A stretch of 64,000 nt of DNA from a virus, in the IMG/VR virus record IMGVR_UViG_3300046780_000088, positions 1 through 64,000 of that record, one strand, 5' to 3'. Made by a program: the position numbers and the translations under genes. Below the pieces are notes generated by a model. It did no database searches. It had not been told where the DNA came from and saw nothing but the letters and a program-made list of their open reading frames with translations. The number at the start of each line of letters is the position of its first letter. The first letter of the stretch is position 1. This document shows, piece by piece, positions 8,793 to 19,066 of this stretch.

Positions 8793-11585
8793 TCATTGCA
8801 TCACCTTTATCTTGCTCGCTGTGAGCATGTTGAAACCGCTCTTCACCGTTCCCCGCACCATGAGCCACGCGCCGGGTTCGACCCCAATGTTAATCTGCAC
8901 TCCCAACCGCTGATAATCGAATCGACCTATCATCACCTTGAAGATGCCAGCATCGTCTTCTAACGTCAGCATCATATACTCCACGTCTTTCTTGAACGTC
9001 TTGCCGCCACGCTTCAATACTGCTTCGTACGAATTCATGTCGCGCAGTTCCTTCGTGATCAATTTTCCGATCACAACATACTCGCCCGGTTCCTTGCATT
9101 CGTTCGAGTGCGAAATCTTTCCATCGATCCCATGTGCGTCCGGGTGTTCGTACCAATCAGCGAACTTGGTCTTGGTCTGGAACACATCAGCGTAGAAGAT
9201 GTCAGGCTTCGCCAGCATTTCTTCTTGCTGCGGTGTCAGCTTGCCATCCTTGCGTGCGTCAATCAGCGCTTGTGCCTTTGATTGTCCAACGCCACGAATG
9301 CCCATCATGCCGCCATACAGCTTGCCGTCCTGCACGCTCCAATTCAACTGACTGCGCTCGCGGTCGAACGGAATGTATGTGTGACCTTCGCTCACCAGTT
9401 CGCGCAACAACGCGATGGTCTGTTCATCATCCTTTGCATTGCGCAAGCATCCGCAAGCGAACGCTACCGGGTGATAGACCTTGAGCCACGCGCACCAATA
9501 GCTGATGAGTGAGTAAGCAACAGCGTGCGACAGGTTGAATCCGTAGGAACCGAACGTGCGAATTTCATTCCATATCCTACGCGCGATTGCTTCTTCAACT
9601 CCGTTCTCTTTTGCACCGTCCCTGAATTGAATCCAGAATTGCTCCATGTATTCGTCGCCCATCGACTTACCCATCGCCTTACGAAGACGACTGACTTCGG
9701 GCCACGACATCTTACCGACTTCACGCGCTATCTGCATCACCTGTTCCTGATACACGATCACGCCATACGTTGACTTTGTGATCTTCTCAACCAGCGGATG
9801 TGCATAAATCGGTTTCTCCTGTCCGGTTCTGCGCAGCACGAACAGGCGAGTGCCACCACCATTCATAGGTCCGGGCCTACACAGCGAAGTCAACGCAACG
9901 ATGTCATCGAACTTGTCGCAACCCATTTCGTTTGTGACGTTCTGCAACGCGCTGCCCTCGAACTGAAACACACCAGCATACTTGCGCTGCTTGAACACGT
10001 CATACACTTTCGGATCATCAAGCGGAATTGAATTCAAATCTAGTGTTGCTTCAGGAACAGTAGGATCGAACGCTACAATATCTAACGTGTCGCTGATCAC
10101 AGAGAGCGTGCGCAGTCCAAGTGCATCGATCTTCAACAGGTTGATCTTCTCTGCATCCTTCTTGTCGATCTGTGCAACACCTTCGCTTGTGACCGTACAG
10201 TAATTGCTGATCGCCTTATTGCAGATGATGATGCCTGCCGCGTGCACACCAGCATGTCGCGCGTGCCCTTCGAGTTCAGTCGCCAGTGCAATACCCGGAT
10301 GCTTCGCCAGCACTGCCTTACCAGCATCGGTAGTTGTGAGCGTATCGGCAAGGCAACGCTCTGCGCCTTCGTCGTCGCTGTTGCGCTCGATCAGCACAGC
10401 TTTGACATCCTTGAAATCCCAAGGTGGGATGCCAAGCGCTTTGCCTACGTCGTTCAGAACCGACTTGGGTTGATACCGGCTGACAGTGGCGATATGTGCG
10501 ACACGATCATCGCCATATTTTTCTCGGAGATATTGTAAGACTGACTCGCGTGTAGTGTCGGGGAAGTCAAGATCGATGTCAGGCAAGTCAGTACGAGTAA
10601 CATCAACAAAACGTTCAAACAACAAACCAAAGCGCAAAGGATCAACATCAGTGATACCCAATAGATAGCAAACGAGTGAGCCTGCCGACGAACCGCGACC
10701 CGGACCAACGAGCATTGAGCGTTTCGCATGTTGAACCATGTCCGCAATGACGACGAAATAGTCTTCAAATTTCTTCTCCCTGATCACAGCAAGTTCGCGC
10801 ACCAATCGATCTTCATAATCCGGCGACCAACGATCCTTCAATCCGTTTTGGAATCTTGATCTGATACCAGCACGACACATTGCCTCAATGTCACCTTCAA
10901 CCTTGATGTTCGCCGCATGTGGCAACTCGACCGTGCAAAGCTTTGCGATGATGTCGGAATTTGTGTAAGCCTCATCAGGCAACATCGGCATGACGCGGCG
11001 CATATCGCGTTCGCTCATGATGTGTTCTGGTGTGAGTGCCGGTCGCGTGCCCATGAGTTCGTAGACTTCGCGGTGATCCCTCGTCGGGTATCGGTTGTCG
11101 GACGTTGCAACCAGTGGCAGATGCAAGCGCTCTGCCAACGCCATCTTCGCATTGATGGCGACAGCGCTGTGCGGGTTCACATCAAGGTAAACCTTCTTCA
11201 GCTTGCGCAAGAATCCTTCATCCAACACCATGCCGTTGAACATTACCAGATTGTCCGATATGGCAGCATCAAGAACGTTATCGTGTGTGAGCGATCCCTG
11301 CTTGTTGGCGAGCGACGAAAGACGATAGAGTTCGGCAAGACCATCGTTGTTCTTGGCGATGAAACTCATTTCCGGTTTGTGATCCTTGTTGCCGCCAACG
11401 ATCAGACGTACACCAAGCAGCGGTTTCTTTTTCTGCTTGACGCATTCGTTGAAGAATGCGACGTGACCGAACGTGTTGTTGTCGGCAATGCCGCACGCAT
11501 CGCCTTCGGCAGCGGCAACAACCTTTTCGATTGGGCCAAAGACCTTTTGGAATGTGTACTCAGTGCGGAGCAAAAGATTGATCAT
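8793..11585 (-). CDS. dnaE: DNA polymerase III alpha subunit (family C)
   Basis: PHP-like N-terminus, GPGRGSSAGSLVCYLLGITDVDP, PDIDLDF, HAAGII, LLKIDALGL, GVFQFE, VYQEQVM, YGFNLSHAVAYS. Confidence 0.95.
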   Translation of the reverse strand: MINLLLRTEYTFQKVFGPIEKVVAAAEGDACGIADNNTFGHVAFFNECVKQKKKPLLGVRLIVGGNKDHKPEMSFIAKNNDGLAELYRLSSLANKQGSLTHDNVLDAAISDNLVMFNGMVLDEGFLRKLKKVYLDVNPHSAVAINAKMALAERLHLPLVATSDNRYPTRDHREVYELMGTRPALTPEHIMSERDMRRVMPMLPDEAYTNSDIIAKLCTVELPHAANIKVEGDIEAMCRAGIRSRFQNGLKDRWSPDYEDRLVRELAVIREKKFEDYFVVIADMVQHAKRSMLVGPGRGSSAGSLVCYLLGITDVDPLRFGLLFERFVDVTRTDLPDIDLDFPDTTRESVLQYLREKYGDDRVAHIATVSRYQPKSVLNDVGKALGIPPWDFKDVKAVLIERNSDDEGAERCLADTLTTTDAGKAVLAKHPGIALATELEGHARHAGVHAAGIIICNKAISNYCTVTSEGVAQIDKKDAEKINLLKIDALGLRTLSVISDTLDIVAFDPTVPEATLDLNSIPLDDPKVYDVFKQRKYAGVFQFEGSALQNVTNEMGCDKFDDIVALTSLCRPGPMNGGGTRLFVLRRTGQEKPIYAHPLVEKITKSTYGVIVYQEQVMQIAREVGKMSWPEVSRLRKAMGKSMGDEYMEQFWIQFRDGAKENGVEEAIARRIWNEIRTFGSYGFNLSHAVAYSLISYWCAWLKVYHPVAFACGCLRNAKDDEQTIALLRELVSEGHTYIPFDRERSQLNWSVQDGKLYGGMMGIRGVGQSKAQALIDARKDGKLTPQQEEMLAKPDIFYADVFQTKTKFADWYEHPDAHGIDGKISHSNECKEPGEYVVIGKLITKELRDMNSYEAVLKRGGKTFKKDVEYMMLTLEDDAGIFKVMIGRFDYQRLGVQINIGVEPGAWLMVRGTVKSGFNMLTASKIKVMQ

Positions 11586-12043
11586 TGCTTTGCCAGAATG
11601 ATCTTCACGATGTGCAGCGCTTCTTCAAGTGTCTCGACTTTGAAACCAATAACTTCGTTGATCATTCCATGATCGTGAATGTTACCTTCTTCCATAACGC
11701 ACACGATTGGGATGCGATTAGCATCGGCCCAACCAAGTTCCATCACTGTACCAATCGATACTTTGTTAGCTCCAAGCAGATTGACTAGCATGACATCGCA
11801 ATGTGTCGCATCGTAACGGTCGCGTGTTGTAATACCGCGAGCGCTCGACATGCAACTGAAGTTGCCATAATTGCCAGCGGAATCGAAGTTGCGCACATCG
11901 CGTAGATATTCTTTTCCACGCATCGGTGATACGCCTTGTATTCCGCAGTCATACAATTGCTGACGCGCAATGTCACGCCATTCTGTAGCGCCTTCGTAAT
12001 TCAATCCGGCGATAGGACCAGCAAGATAAACTTTACTCATCAA
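11582..12043 (-). CDS. Nucleoside 2-deoxyribosyltransferase-like protein
   Basis: VYLAGPI ... D ... SIGTVMELGWA motif. Confidence 0.8.
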   Translation of the reverse strand: MMSKVYLAGPIAGLNYEGATEWRDIARQQLYDCGIQGVSPMRGKEYLRDVRNFDSAGNYGNFSCMSSARGITTRDRYDATHCDVMLVNLLGANKVSIGTVMELGWADANRIPIVCVMEEGNIHDHGMINEVIGFKVETLEEALHIVKIILAKQ

Positions 12044-12048
12044 TTCTC

Positions 12049-12504
12049 CTATTTGTCGTACCTGTATGAACGCGAGGCATTCACTGCCTTCTCAAGATCG
12101 AGCATGTGTTGTGAGTTCCAGAAATCCGGTTGATTTCCATTGAACAAATAATCGTCGCGCGACAAACGTTGATCACCTATCTGCCAATACTTCTTCAACT
12201 CAGGCATACCATCGAGCAAGATCAGCTTTTCCGACACAGCAAATTCCTGCATCTTCGACCAATCACGATCTGTAATCAACTGTTCAATGCCGAGTCTCGG
12301 TTTTACTTCAAACCACACATCGCTATATTCGGTATGATGCACGCGGAAGTCAGGCAAGTAGCGTGCACCGCTATCGAGTTCGAAACCTTCCGGTTCGTAT
12401 TGCCACTCAGTGATACAGACAAGATTGTCGAAGAACACCGCCCAACGCGCTTCGGTCCTGCTGCGGAACCGATAGCCTTTGTACCTTGTCTCGATTGCTT
12501 TCAT
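12049..12504 (-). CDS. PD-(D/E)xK-type endonuclease-like protein
   Basis: KAIETRYKGYRFRSRTEARWAVFFD, YEPEGF, YLPDF, FEVKP. Confidence 0.75.
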   Translation of the reverse strand: MKAIETRYKGYRFRSRTEARWAVFFDNLVCITEWQYEPEGFELDSGARYLPDFRVHHTEYSDVWFEVKPRLGIEQLITDRDWSKMQEFAVSEKLILLDGMPELKKYWQIGDQRLSRDDYLFNGNQPDFWNSQHMLDLEKAVNASRSYRYDK

Positions 12505-12815
12505 TCGATCTTCCATCCGGTTGCAGCATTCGGATAGACATCGCCATTCTTTTCGATTGCCTCGTCTTCGTATGGGTCTTGATAACGTCGTGTGAATTCT
12601 GTGATCAAGTCGCTGAAGATACCCTTGATGATTGCCGTCACCCAATAGCGCCGTTCTGGAATGACACGAAGCGCCAACGTGGTAACGCAGTAGTTGAACA
12701 GACCAGCGAACGCACCGGGATATCCGTACGATGCTGCTTGTGCGTTGATGGCATCCGCCAATTGCTTGACGATGGGGTCGAATACTTCACGGTCTTTCGT
12801 TGCGATGTAAGGCAT
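12501..12815 (-). CDS. Conserved phage hypothetical protein
   Basis: MPYI...G.FNY...EFTRR...PYEDEAIEKNGDVY pattern common in phage nucleotide-metabolism modules. Confidence 0.65.
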   Translation of the reverse strand: MPYIATKDREVFDPIVKQLADAINAQAASYGYPGAFAGLFNYCVTTLALRVIPERRYWVTAIIKGIFSDLITEFTRRYQDPYEDEAIEKNGDVYPNAATGWKIE

Positions 12816-12829
12816 GTGATTTCTCCTAT

Positions 12830-13357
12830 TTACCACTTCTCATGTCGCACGATTGCGGCAAGAGCGCGTACATCATCCTCTGCTCTGTGAGTCTGTTCGA
12901 GTTTCGTTCCGATGAAATGTTCGTGCATGTCAGCAAGGTTCATGCGGAATCCTTTGATGTGTTCTGTAAGCGCGACCGTGCAGACTTGCACCGGGGGCCA
13001 CGGAAAGCGCGTGACTGCATCAAGGCGACGTAGCTCGACTTCGAGTACACCCTTGTCGAACGGCAAATTGTGAGCGACCAGTTTGCGCTGTCCAAGAAAG
13101 CTCTCGGTGATCTTCGGAAGCAGTTCTTCGAACGTCGGAGCATCCTTCACCATGTCAGCGCTGATACCGTTGACCTTCTCCGATTCCTTCGACATCGGCA
13201 CCATTGGATTGATCAACCATGTGTGAGGCGGGCCGCACTCTTCATATGTCTTGTCATCAAGTTCGATGACGCATAGCTCAACGATACGCGGTTGCAGGAA
13301 CAGCGTTGCAGTCGGCGGCAGTAGTAAGCCGGTTGTCTCTGTATCGAAGATGATCAT
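12830..13357 (-). CDS. DEDDh 3'-5' exonuclease (DnaQ/epsilon-like)
   Basis: FDTETTG, AHNLPFD, HRAEDD motifs. Confidence 0.9.
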   Translation of the reverse strand: MIIFDTETTGLLLPPTATLFLQPRIVELCVIELDDKTYEECGPPHTWLINPMVPMSKESEKVNGISADMVKDAPTFEELLPKITESFLGQRKLVAHNLPFDKGVLEVELRRLDAVTRFPWPPVQVCTVALTEHIKGFRMNLADMHEHFIGTKLEQTHRAEDDVRALAAIVRHEKW

Positions 13358-13537
13358 CGGAATGCAATCGCAAGAATGAGAAAGATAATTGCCAGCGTGT
13401 ACATCCCTAGCAATGCAAAGATGATAGCGAGTATCAACCAGATGTTCATGACTTCATCACCTGTAAAAGAGTGATCAGTGAGCCAACGAAGAAGGCAACG
13501 CTGCCAATCATATAGAGAATCAGCGGAAGATATTTCA

Positions 13538-13933
13538 TCATGAAAATGTCGGCGGTCGATCACTGTCATGGTATTTGTAACTACCACGCAATGTCGAACC
13601 ATCACAAGGTTTGAACACAGCGACAACTGGTGAATCATATTTCTCTACTCGCATATCAAAACCTGTTAGCAGCGCTCGGTCGCGGTAATACCACATTAGC
13701 GTGAGCCACACAGCGTTCGCCGCCACGACGACCAGACCACCATAGAAACTGAACGTCTGTCCGAGATTCGGATAATAAAACAGGTTCCAGAAACCCCATG
13801 CGGTGAAGAACAGCGTTGCGACGATTGACGCGCCACGGACCTTCTTGTCGATCCACACTCGACGGCAATGCAGGCCGATCATCGCACCAGCGAATGCCTC
13901 GAATGCACCATTGATCATGTCGGGAGTTATCAT
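13538..13933 (-). CDS. Small multi-TM membrane protein (PQ-loop/SemiSWEET-like)
   Basis: Three TM segments with K.V.G.S and WG.WN..YY..L.Q..S pattern. Confidence 0.5.
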   Translation of the reverse strand: MITPDMINGAFEAFAGAMIGLHCRRVWIDKKVRGASIVATLFFTAWGFWNLFYYPNLGQTFSFYGGLVVVAANAVWLTLMWYYRDRALLTGFDMRVEKYDSPVVAVFKPCDGSTLRGSYKYHDSDRPPTFS

Positions 13934-14409
13934 TTGTCGCCTTCCAATTCTGCGCGCCGATCAACGGTGCGCTGTTCGCATTCTGCATACCCGGCAAGGT
14001 CTGTCATGTTGTCGCGCTTCGGTGCGTTGATCTGCCGTGAAAGCTTGACGCAACACATGATGAGAATCATTTCTTCCGCTGTCAGCGGTTCGCGTAGCTT
14101 GTGAGCAAGCATCGATGACACCATGCCAGCAGTGCGCGTGTAATCGTCAAACGGATGTCCGTACTGTACTCCACGCTCGCCATACACCAGACGTTGCGCT
14201 TCTTGCAAGCATGACTCTTTTGGTTTGTCCATAATTTTGATTGATAATGTTCCAGCAAATGTTTGTCTGTCAGCTTCGCTTGTCGAATCCTGTCCGAGTT
14301 TTATTTGCTCTGGTGTTAGCTGACGAAGATTTCCACGTTCATCAAAGCGAGGATCACTTGAACAATTACGGTAATGACAAACAGGACAATCAGGATCGAA
14401 GTCACTCAT
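13930..14409 (-). CDS. DUF6378-like all-alpha NTP pyrophosphatase-related protein
   Basis: EAQRLVYGERGVQYGHP...KLSR...DNMTDLAGYA. Confidence 0.7.
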   Translation of the reverse strand: MSDFDPDCPVCHYRNCSSDPRFDERGNLRQLTPEQIKLGQDSTSEADRQTFAGTLSIKIMDKPKESCLQEAQRLVYGERGVQYGHPFDDYTRTAGMVSSMLAHKLREPLTAEEMILIMCCVKLSRQINAPKRDNMTDLAGYAECEQRTVDRRAELEGDK

Positions 14410-14500
14410 TGTCCAACTCCACCATGTTGAATGAATGCAAACGTTACAGCAAGAATTACAGCTACCATGTATGCAAGAAAAATCCACGCGATGTATTTTT

Positions 14501-14848
14501 TCATTTGTTTGCCTCATCATCTTCAAGATATTCTACCGGGATGCCTAGTTCATGCGCGTGTTCAATCTCGCGTGTGATGCCTCGACTAATATCCCATCCT
14601 TCGAGTTTCAACACTTTCACTTTTTGTGATCGCGCTAGGATCGGCAAATCTTGGTGCATCCAGAACTCGAAGTCTCCGACATGACCTGACGCTACTTCAA
14701 TTGGGTGACTGTGAGCGATTGGACAGAAGATAGCTTCTCCCGCTTCCATTAGCTTTGCAGCTTCACGACATGCCCGGTCGAAACGCGCTACACGTTGCGC
14801 CGGGTCCGGGTGACTGTAAGGCGAGGCTAGATAGGTGTATCCACTCAT
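14501..14848 (-). CDS. DUF1937 (deoxyribosyltransferase-like) protein
   Basis: YLASPYSH, FCPIAHSH, GWDISRGITREI. Confidence 0.78.
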   Translation of the reverse strand: MSGYTYLASPYSHPDPAQRVARFDRACREAAKLMEAGEAIFCPIAHSHPIEVASGHVGDFEFWMHQDLPILARSQKVKVLKLEGWDISRGITREIEHAHELGIPVEYLEDDEANK

Positions 14849-14867
14849 CCTGATTCTCCTGAAGTTT

Positions 14868-14912
14868 GAAAAACAAAAAAGGGCGTAACCCAATGTTCCG
14901 GGTTACGCCCTT
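14868..14912 (-). terminator. Rho-independent terminator
   Basis: 13-bp stem AAGGGCGTAACCC/GGGTTACGCCCTT followed by a U-run on the - strand. Confidence 0.8.
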
Positions 14913-14915
14913 CGT

Positions 14916-15311
14916 TTATTGCTGTGCTTCTTTCTCGATGGTGACATTGTAAACACGCCCATCACCGGGCAACGCGAACACAGGCACCAGCGCATATTCA
15001 CCGCTGGCACCAAGCCAGATGTAAGCGAAGCCACGAATCTTGCCAGCGTTCAGTGTGATGTCATGCAGGCCGATTGTAGCGCCATGCTGAAAGACCAGCG
15101 ATCCATCCGCTTCAATACTGGCGCGCATAGTTCCATCCGCCGCTATTACTTTCAACACCGGGCCGAACAGCGGGGGTCCACCTTCGACCTTGATGTTGCT
15201 TACCGTAATGCCCTGTGCCGGTACGATATTGAACACCGGGGGCACAGGCAAGTCTTGACCAAATACAGTTGTAGTTGCCAAAGCAAATACCAATGCGATT
15301 GCGTGCTTCAT
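14916..15311 (-). CDS. Secreted hypothetical protein
   Basis: Signal peptide MKHAIALVFALATTTVFG; RBS AGGAG. Confidence 0.6.
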   Translation of the reverse strand: MKHAIALVFALATTTVFGQDLPVPPVFNIVPAQGITVSNIKVEGGPPLFGPVLKVIAADGTMRASIEADGSLVFQHGATIGLHDITLNAGKIRGFAYIWLGASGEYALVPVFALPGDGRVYNVTIEKEAQQ

Positions 15312-15395
15312 TTTGATTCTCCTGTTGATAAAAAGGTTGAGCTACTCGCTGCACTGCCCACTGTTCAAAGCAGCATCCGCTTTCGCTCAATTCGA

Positions 15396-16217
15396 TTACG
15401 CAGTCACCGCAGTCTTCAGCGATTCCGCCAGTACCCACAGCGCACGGTTCAGGCGCACATCTTCGCTGACTGACTTCACAGCGCGAGTAGTGAGTCTGCG
15501 ACCAGTGGATGCAGTGCCACGTTGACCGCCTTGCAGAATGTTCTCCTGCACGCGGTTGAACGTTCTCCACAGATCGTTACCTTGGTCTTCTACACGACGT
15601 GCTTTCAGAAGAGCGTGCGGTTGAACCGGAGCCTCACCTTCTTTCCAACGCAACGCAACCGCTGCATTGGCGAAAGCTTGTTGTTGTTCCGGCAGCAGCG
15701 GCAATGCCTTCATCGCTTCGACGCGCTCCATCACGGCAGGCATTTCATCGATGATCTTATAGCTGCCTTCGATGACACGATCAACGATGTTGCCACTGTG
15801 ACGAACCCGGATCGATTCGAACGCGCTGTCGCAAACCATCAAACCATTCGCGCACAGGATACGGAAGATACCAGCATCCAGTTGATAACCGCTCGAACGA
15901 TCATGCGAATTGACCAGCGCGATCTGCGCGATTTCCGGTTGCTTGTTTTTCGCGTAGAACGAATGGCCCGGTGCGAAGAACTTCATGTCTTCTGCACGAC
16001 AGAACTTCAGCATGTGCTTTGTGAACTCGCCCTTACCTTCAATGCGAGCGCGCGACTGCACAGCGGACACCGGGAGAAAACCCTCTTCCCGCAAGCGCTC
16101 AACGACATTGATCGTCGGAATGAATTCGTAGCGCTCGCTGACTCCATCCCACGGTTCCGTTGCAAACACTGACGGCGCACGCTGACGGAGTTCGTCATTA
16201 CTCATAACTTGTAGCAT
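15396..16217 (-). CDS. DUF932/DUF945 family protein
   Basis: APSVFA, SERYEFIPT, FTKHML, NSHDRSSGYQLDAGIFRILCANGL, DLWRTFNRVQEN, LNRALW. Confidence 0.88.
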   Translation of the reverse strand: MLQVMSNDELRQRAPSVFATEPWDGVSERYEFIPTINVVERLREEGFLPVSAVQSRARIEGKGEFTKHMLKFCRAEDMKFFAPGHSFYAKNKQPEIAQIALVNSHDRSSGYQLDAGIFRILCANGLMVCDSAFESIRVRHSGNIVDRVIEGSYKIIDEMPAVMERVEAMKALPLLPEQQQAFANAAVALRWKEGEAPVQPHALLKARRVEDQGNDLWRTFNRVQENILQGGQRGTASTGRRLTTRAVKSVSEDVRLNRALWVLAESLKTAVTA

Positions 16218-16220
16218 GAT

Positions 16221-16475
16221 TCATATTCCTTTCTGTTGAGCCATTGTTTCGGCCAGATTGAACAGCGGACTACAATACGACGGAAGCTTTTCTTCGGAAC
16301 CATACTTGCGCTTCTCTTTGAGCAGATTCAGACACACTTCGAATTGCTGATGCTTGAATTGCGCTTTTGTTATCGGCGCAACTGGATGCGATGCTGGTAA
16401 CGCTGACACGATTGCTATGCCAAGCACGACGATGAATCCGCCGATGCCTGTGAGCAATTTGGTTTCTGGTTTCAT
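16221..16475 (-). CDS. Hypothetical membrane protein
   Basis: N-terminal TM; RBS AGAAAGG. Confidence 0.55.
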   Translation of the reverse strand: MKPETKLLTGIGGFIVVLGIAIVSALPASHPVAPITKAQFKHQQFEVCLNLLKEKRKYGSEEKLPSYCSPLFNLAETMAQQKGI

Positions 16476-16489
16476 AGCCGTACCTTTCT

Positions 16490-17220
16490 ATTCAATGGAA
16501 CTTCGGTTGTACTTCCAAGAAAGTGCTGATGACGAAGTATCTATCTATCATCGTCATGTCGTGCCACGCGATGAATGTTCCAACGCGCTCGAACAGGTAT
16601 CCAACATGCTCCTGTCGCATGTTGTGTGGAGTCGGACATTCACCATCGATGTTAGGTTGCATTGTGAGCCTTTTTCAATGGCGGGTTACTATTGTCCCGC
16701 AGCTATTGTCTAAGCGCCAGATCAAACGACTAAACACAACTGGAAGCCATAGCAGGTTCGTTGAATTCATTTAACCCGATACGAAGGATTGCTTACAGCA
16801 CGCTTTCGCGTTCTTTCCATCGTCAGATCGTCGGGCAAGTCCGCGACCATGTTCTCGAAGGTTCCTTATCATATCACCCATCAGTCACCTTCAACCCGTT
16901 GGTAAAATTCCAACTGACGATCTGTACTAGCTCGCCCATCCAAATTTCACATTTGCTCTGTAGTGCCAAAGCACATCAGAAGAGCGCGGCAGCGTGTCCG
17001 TTGTTGACACTGCTTGCTCTTCCGCTGAGTTTTGGTCAGCGCTTCATGATAATTTCTCCATCGGTTGACTTCTCACCGGGCAAATGGAATCAAATGCCGG
17101 GTCTTCCCATTTGAGTGTTGAAAAGTTGATTAGCCTTTGCCGATTTGTCTCCTGTAATATTTCATCTAGTTGTCGGACACCGGGCGATGTCCGACGCGCC
17201 GTTTTACCCGCTGGCGCTAC
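16490..17220 (-). ncRNA. Candidate large structured non-coding RNA
   Basis: About 730 nt with no convincing sense ORF in an otherwise gene-dense phage; many inverted repeats, e.g. CAGATCGTCGG/CTGACGATCTG, CAACATGC/GCATGTTG, GTCGGACAC/GTGTCCGAC-like. Confidence 0.4.
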
Positions 17221-17226
17221 GGTTGT

Positions 17227-17457
17227 TTATTCCAAGGCGGATGTGATCTTCGACGCTGTCTCTTCGAGTTCACTGGCAGCTTCTTCGAGTTCACTTGCGA
17301 CTTCATCTGCGCGACTGCCTTTGTCACCGGACTGCAAAGCTTCCGGCATGTTGTCGTAGTATTCGCGTTCGGCATCAGCTTCATCTTGCACGATGCTTTG
17401 CGCTTCTTCGACCAGTGCAGCGGCGCGGGTCAACGCTTCACGACGTTGCTTGTTCAT
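17227..17457 (-). CDS. Conserved small phage protein (MNKQRR...DNMPEALQSGDKG family)
   Basis: Recognisable recurrent phage family pattern. Confidence 0.7.
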   Translation of the reverse strand: MNKQRREALTRAAALVEEAQSIVQDEADAEREYYDNMPEALQSGDKGSRADEVASELEEAASELEETASKITSALE

Positions 17458-17731
17458 CTTCTTTCTCTCTGTTGGCAGCTACGATCTTAGCAAGCTTGGC
17501 AGCACTGACTTTGCGCGCCGGGATGGATACCGAACCACGCTCGCCATCCCTGAACAGAACTTCGTAAGGGACGACGTAGAAATCATGCATACCCTTGAGC
17601 CACACCTTGACCCCGCCACGCAACAGCGCGACTCTGATGGGCCTGCCCTTGTACTGGCTTGCTGTCTCTCGTTCGATCACCGTGTAACTGTTGGGGTCCG
17701 CACCTTTGGGTACTTCCCCGATCTTTATCAT
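17438..17731 (-). CDS. Hypothetical protein
   Basis: Start corrected to the ATG after RBS AGAAAGGA, downstream of a repeat element. Confidence 0.6.
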   Translation of the reverse strand: MIKIGEVPKGADPNSYTVIERETASQYKGRPIRVALLRGGVKVWLKGMHDFYVVPYEVLFRDGERGSVSIPARKVSAAKLAKIVAANREKEDEQATS

Positions 17732-17833
17732 TGGCGGTTTCCTTTCTATTCCCGGCAAAAGCACCGGAGCAAGCGCTTGGGGTTCTATTCCCGCTGCCCA
17801 AGCAAAAGACAAGCGCTTGCCTCGATACTCTGA

Positions 17834-17876
17834 GGGTTCCCCAAGGGTAGACAACACAATCAGGGAAAAGTTCCGT
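17834..17876 (-). promoter_or_regulatory. ECF-type promoter copy 2
   Basis: GGAACTT-N16-TCTAC-CCTTGGGGAACCC on the - strand. Confidence 0.7.
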
Positions 17877-18160
17877 TAAACTCCACCGCGTGATTCATCG
17901 CCGTCAAGTTCTTCCAATGCTAACGGGCGGCGCGTTTTGAATCCACCACCATTAGTACCGGCAAGAGTTCTGTGACCAGCGAAAAAACCAGCACCGTAGA
18001 AAAACGGATCACGTTCTTGTTGACGCGGTTCGTCGGCGATCAGATCGAGAAACTTTCTCGCCTGTGCCAGCGTCTTGACGGTTGTTTTCGCCAAGACCTT
18101 CGCCTTCGCACCGGAACCCGGATGAACATAACTGTACTTTGTGACTTCGATCTGGTTCAT
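17876..18160 (-). CDS. Hypothetical protein
   Basis: ORF in the early gene run. Confidence 0.55.
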   Translation of the reverse strand: MNQIEVTKYSYVHPGSGAKAKVLAKTTVKTLAQARKFLDLIADEPRQQERDPFFYGAGFFAGHRTLAGTNGGGFKTRRPLALEELDGDESRGGV

Positions 18161-18613
18161 TACTTGTTCCTTTCTTCTGCTTCGAACTGTCGGATGATTT
18201 CGTCGGCATCAAGATCGATGACCGCTTCAATCGGTTCTGCTTCGCGCGCTGCTTGTTCGGCAGCGTGTCTTGCCTTGATCACCTTGAACCGCGCCAACTG
18301 ATCAGGTGTGAGATACGTTTCCGGCGCGCGGTACTTCAGGTACTTTGCCCAACCTTGACTCATCATGATTTCCTTTCGAACTTCTCTTATCGATTGTACC
18401 AAAGAATATGCGTTGCCCATTTCGGCAATACAACATACGACTGTGACGGACGGATTCTACAATTCGAAACGCCAGTTTTTGTAGCAAGATCACCGAACCC
18501 ATCATAGTCAATAAAAGAACCACTACGAACAGCATCCTTCCATTCTTTTATCGTGAACAAATCTCCGTTACGCTTTTTGATTGGTTCGAGTTCTGGAACT
18601 TCTGTCGGGTATA

Positions 18614-18886
18614 TCATGGCAACACCCTTGTTAGTGCAGCACCGGCGATGGCAGCACATTTAGCGCGACGTGTCGCATCAGTTATGTTTTTGTCGTTCGT
18701 CGGACCTGTTGCTGCTGCCAACACATCTTGAAGTGCCTCGACCAGATCGTCGTATGCATTGTAGCGCTTGACGATCAGAGCAGCACGCTTTTGTATATCG
18801 CAAATATCGGTGAAGAGTTTTGCAATTGGAACTCCCTCTGTATCTTCAATCACTCGCTGTACCTGTTGACTAACTCGCAGTTTCAT
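18614..18886 (-). CDS. Hypothetical protein
   Basis: Start corrected to MKLRVSQ after RBS AGAAAGGA. Confidence 0.55.
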   Translation of the reverse strand: MKLRVSQQVQRVIEDTEGVPIAKLFTDICDIQKRAALIVKRYNAYDDLVEALQDVLAAATGPTNDKNITDATRRAKCAAIAGAALTRVLP

Positions 18887-18902
18887 GTGATTCCTTTCTA
18901 TG

Positions 18903-19057
18903 GTTGTGAGTACACCGTGCAGCGCGATTGAGTGAGGGGGCGTTGCCTTGTGCCTACGCTTGTAGGAAGCGGCCACAGGTCTGCATGTCTCTAATCCGTC
19001 GCGGCACCCTTTGGAAGTGACGTAACGTTTATCGCGCTGCACGCTGCACTCGCAGCG
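18903..19057. ncRNA. Stem-closed non-coding domain
   Basis: Intergenic; long closing helix GTTGTGAGT..CGTGCAGCGCGAT / ATCGCGCTGCACG..ACTCGCAGC enclosing ~100 nt. Confidence 0.55.
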
Positions 19058-19066
19058 TTGAAGCAA

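Noticed and set aside
8793-11585. Intein or intron in dnaE, nrdJ, terL or rtcB
   Set aside because: The ORFs are continuous, of normal or compact length, and show no intein terminal motifs.
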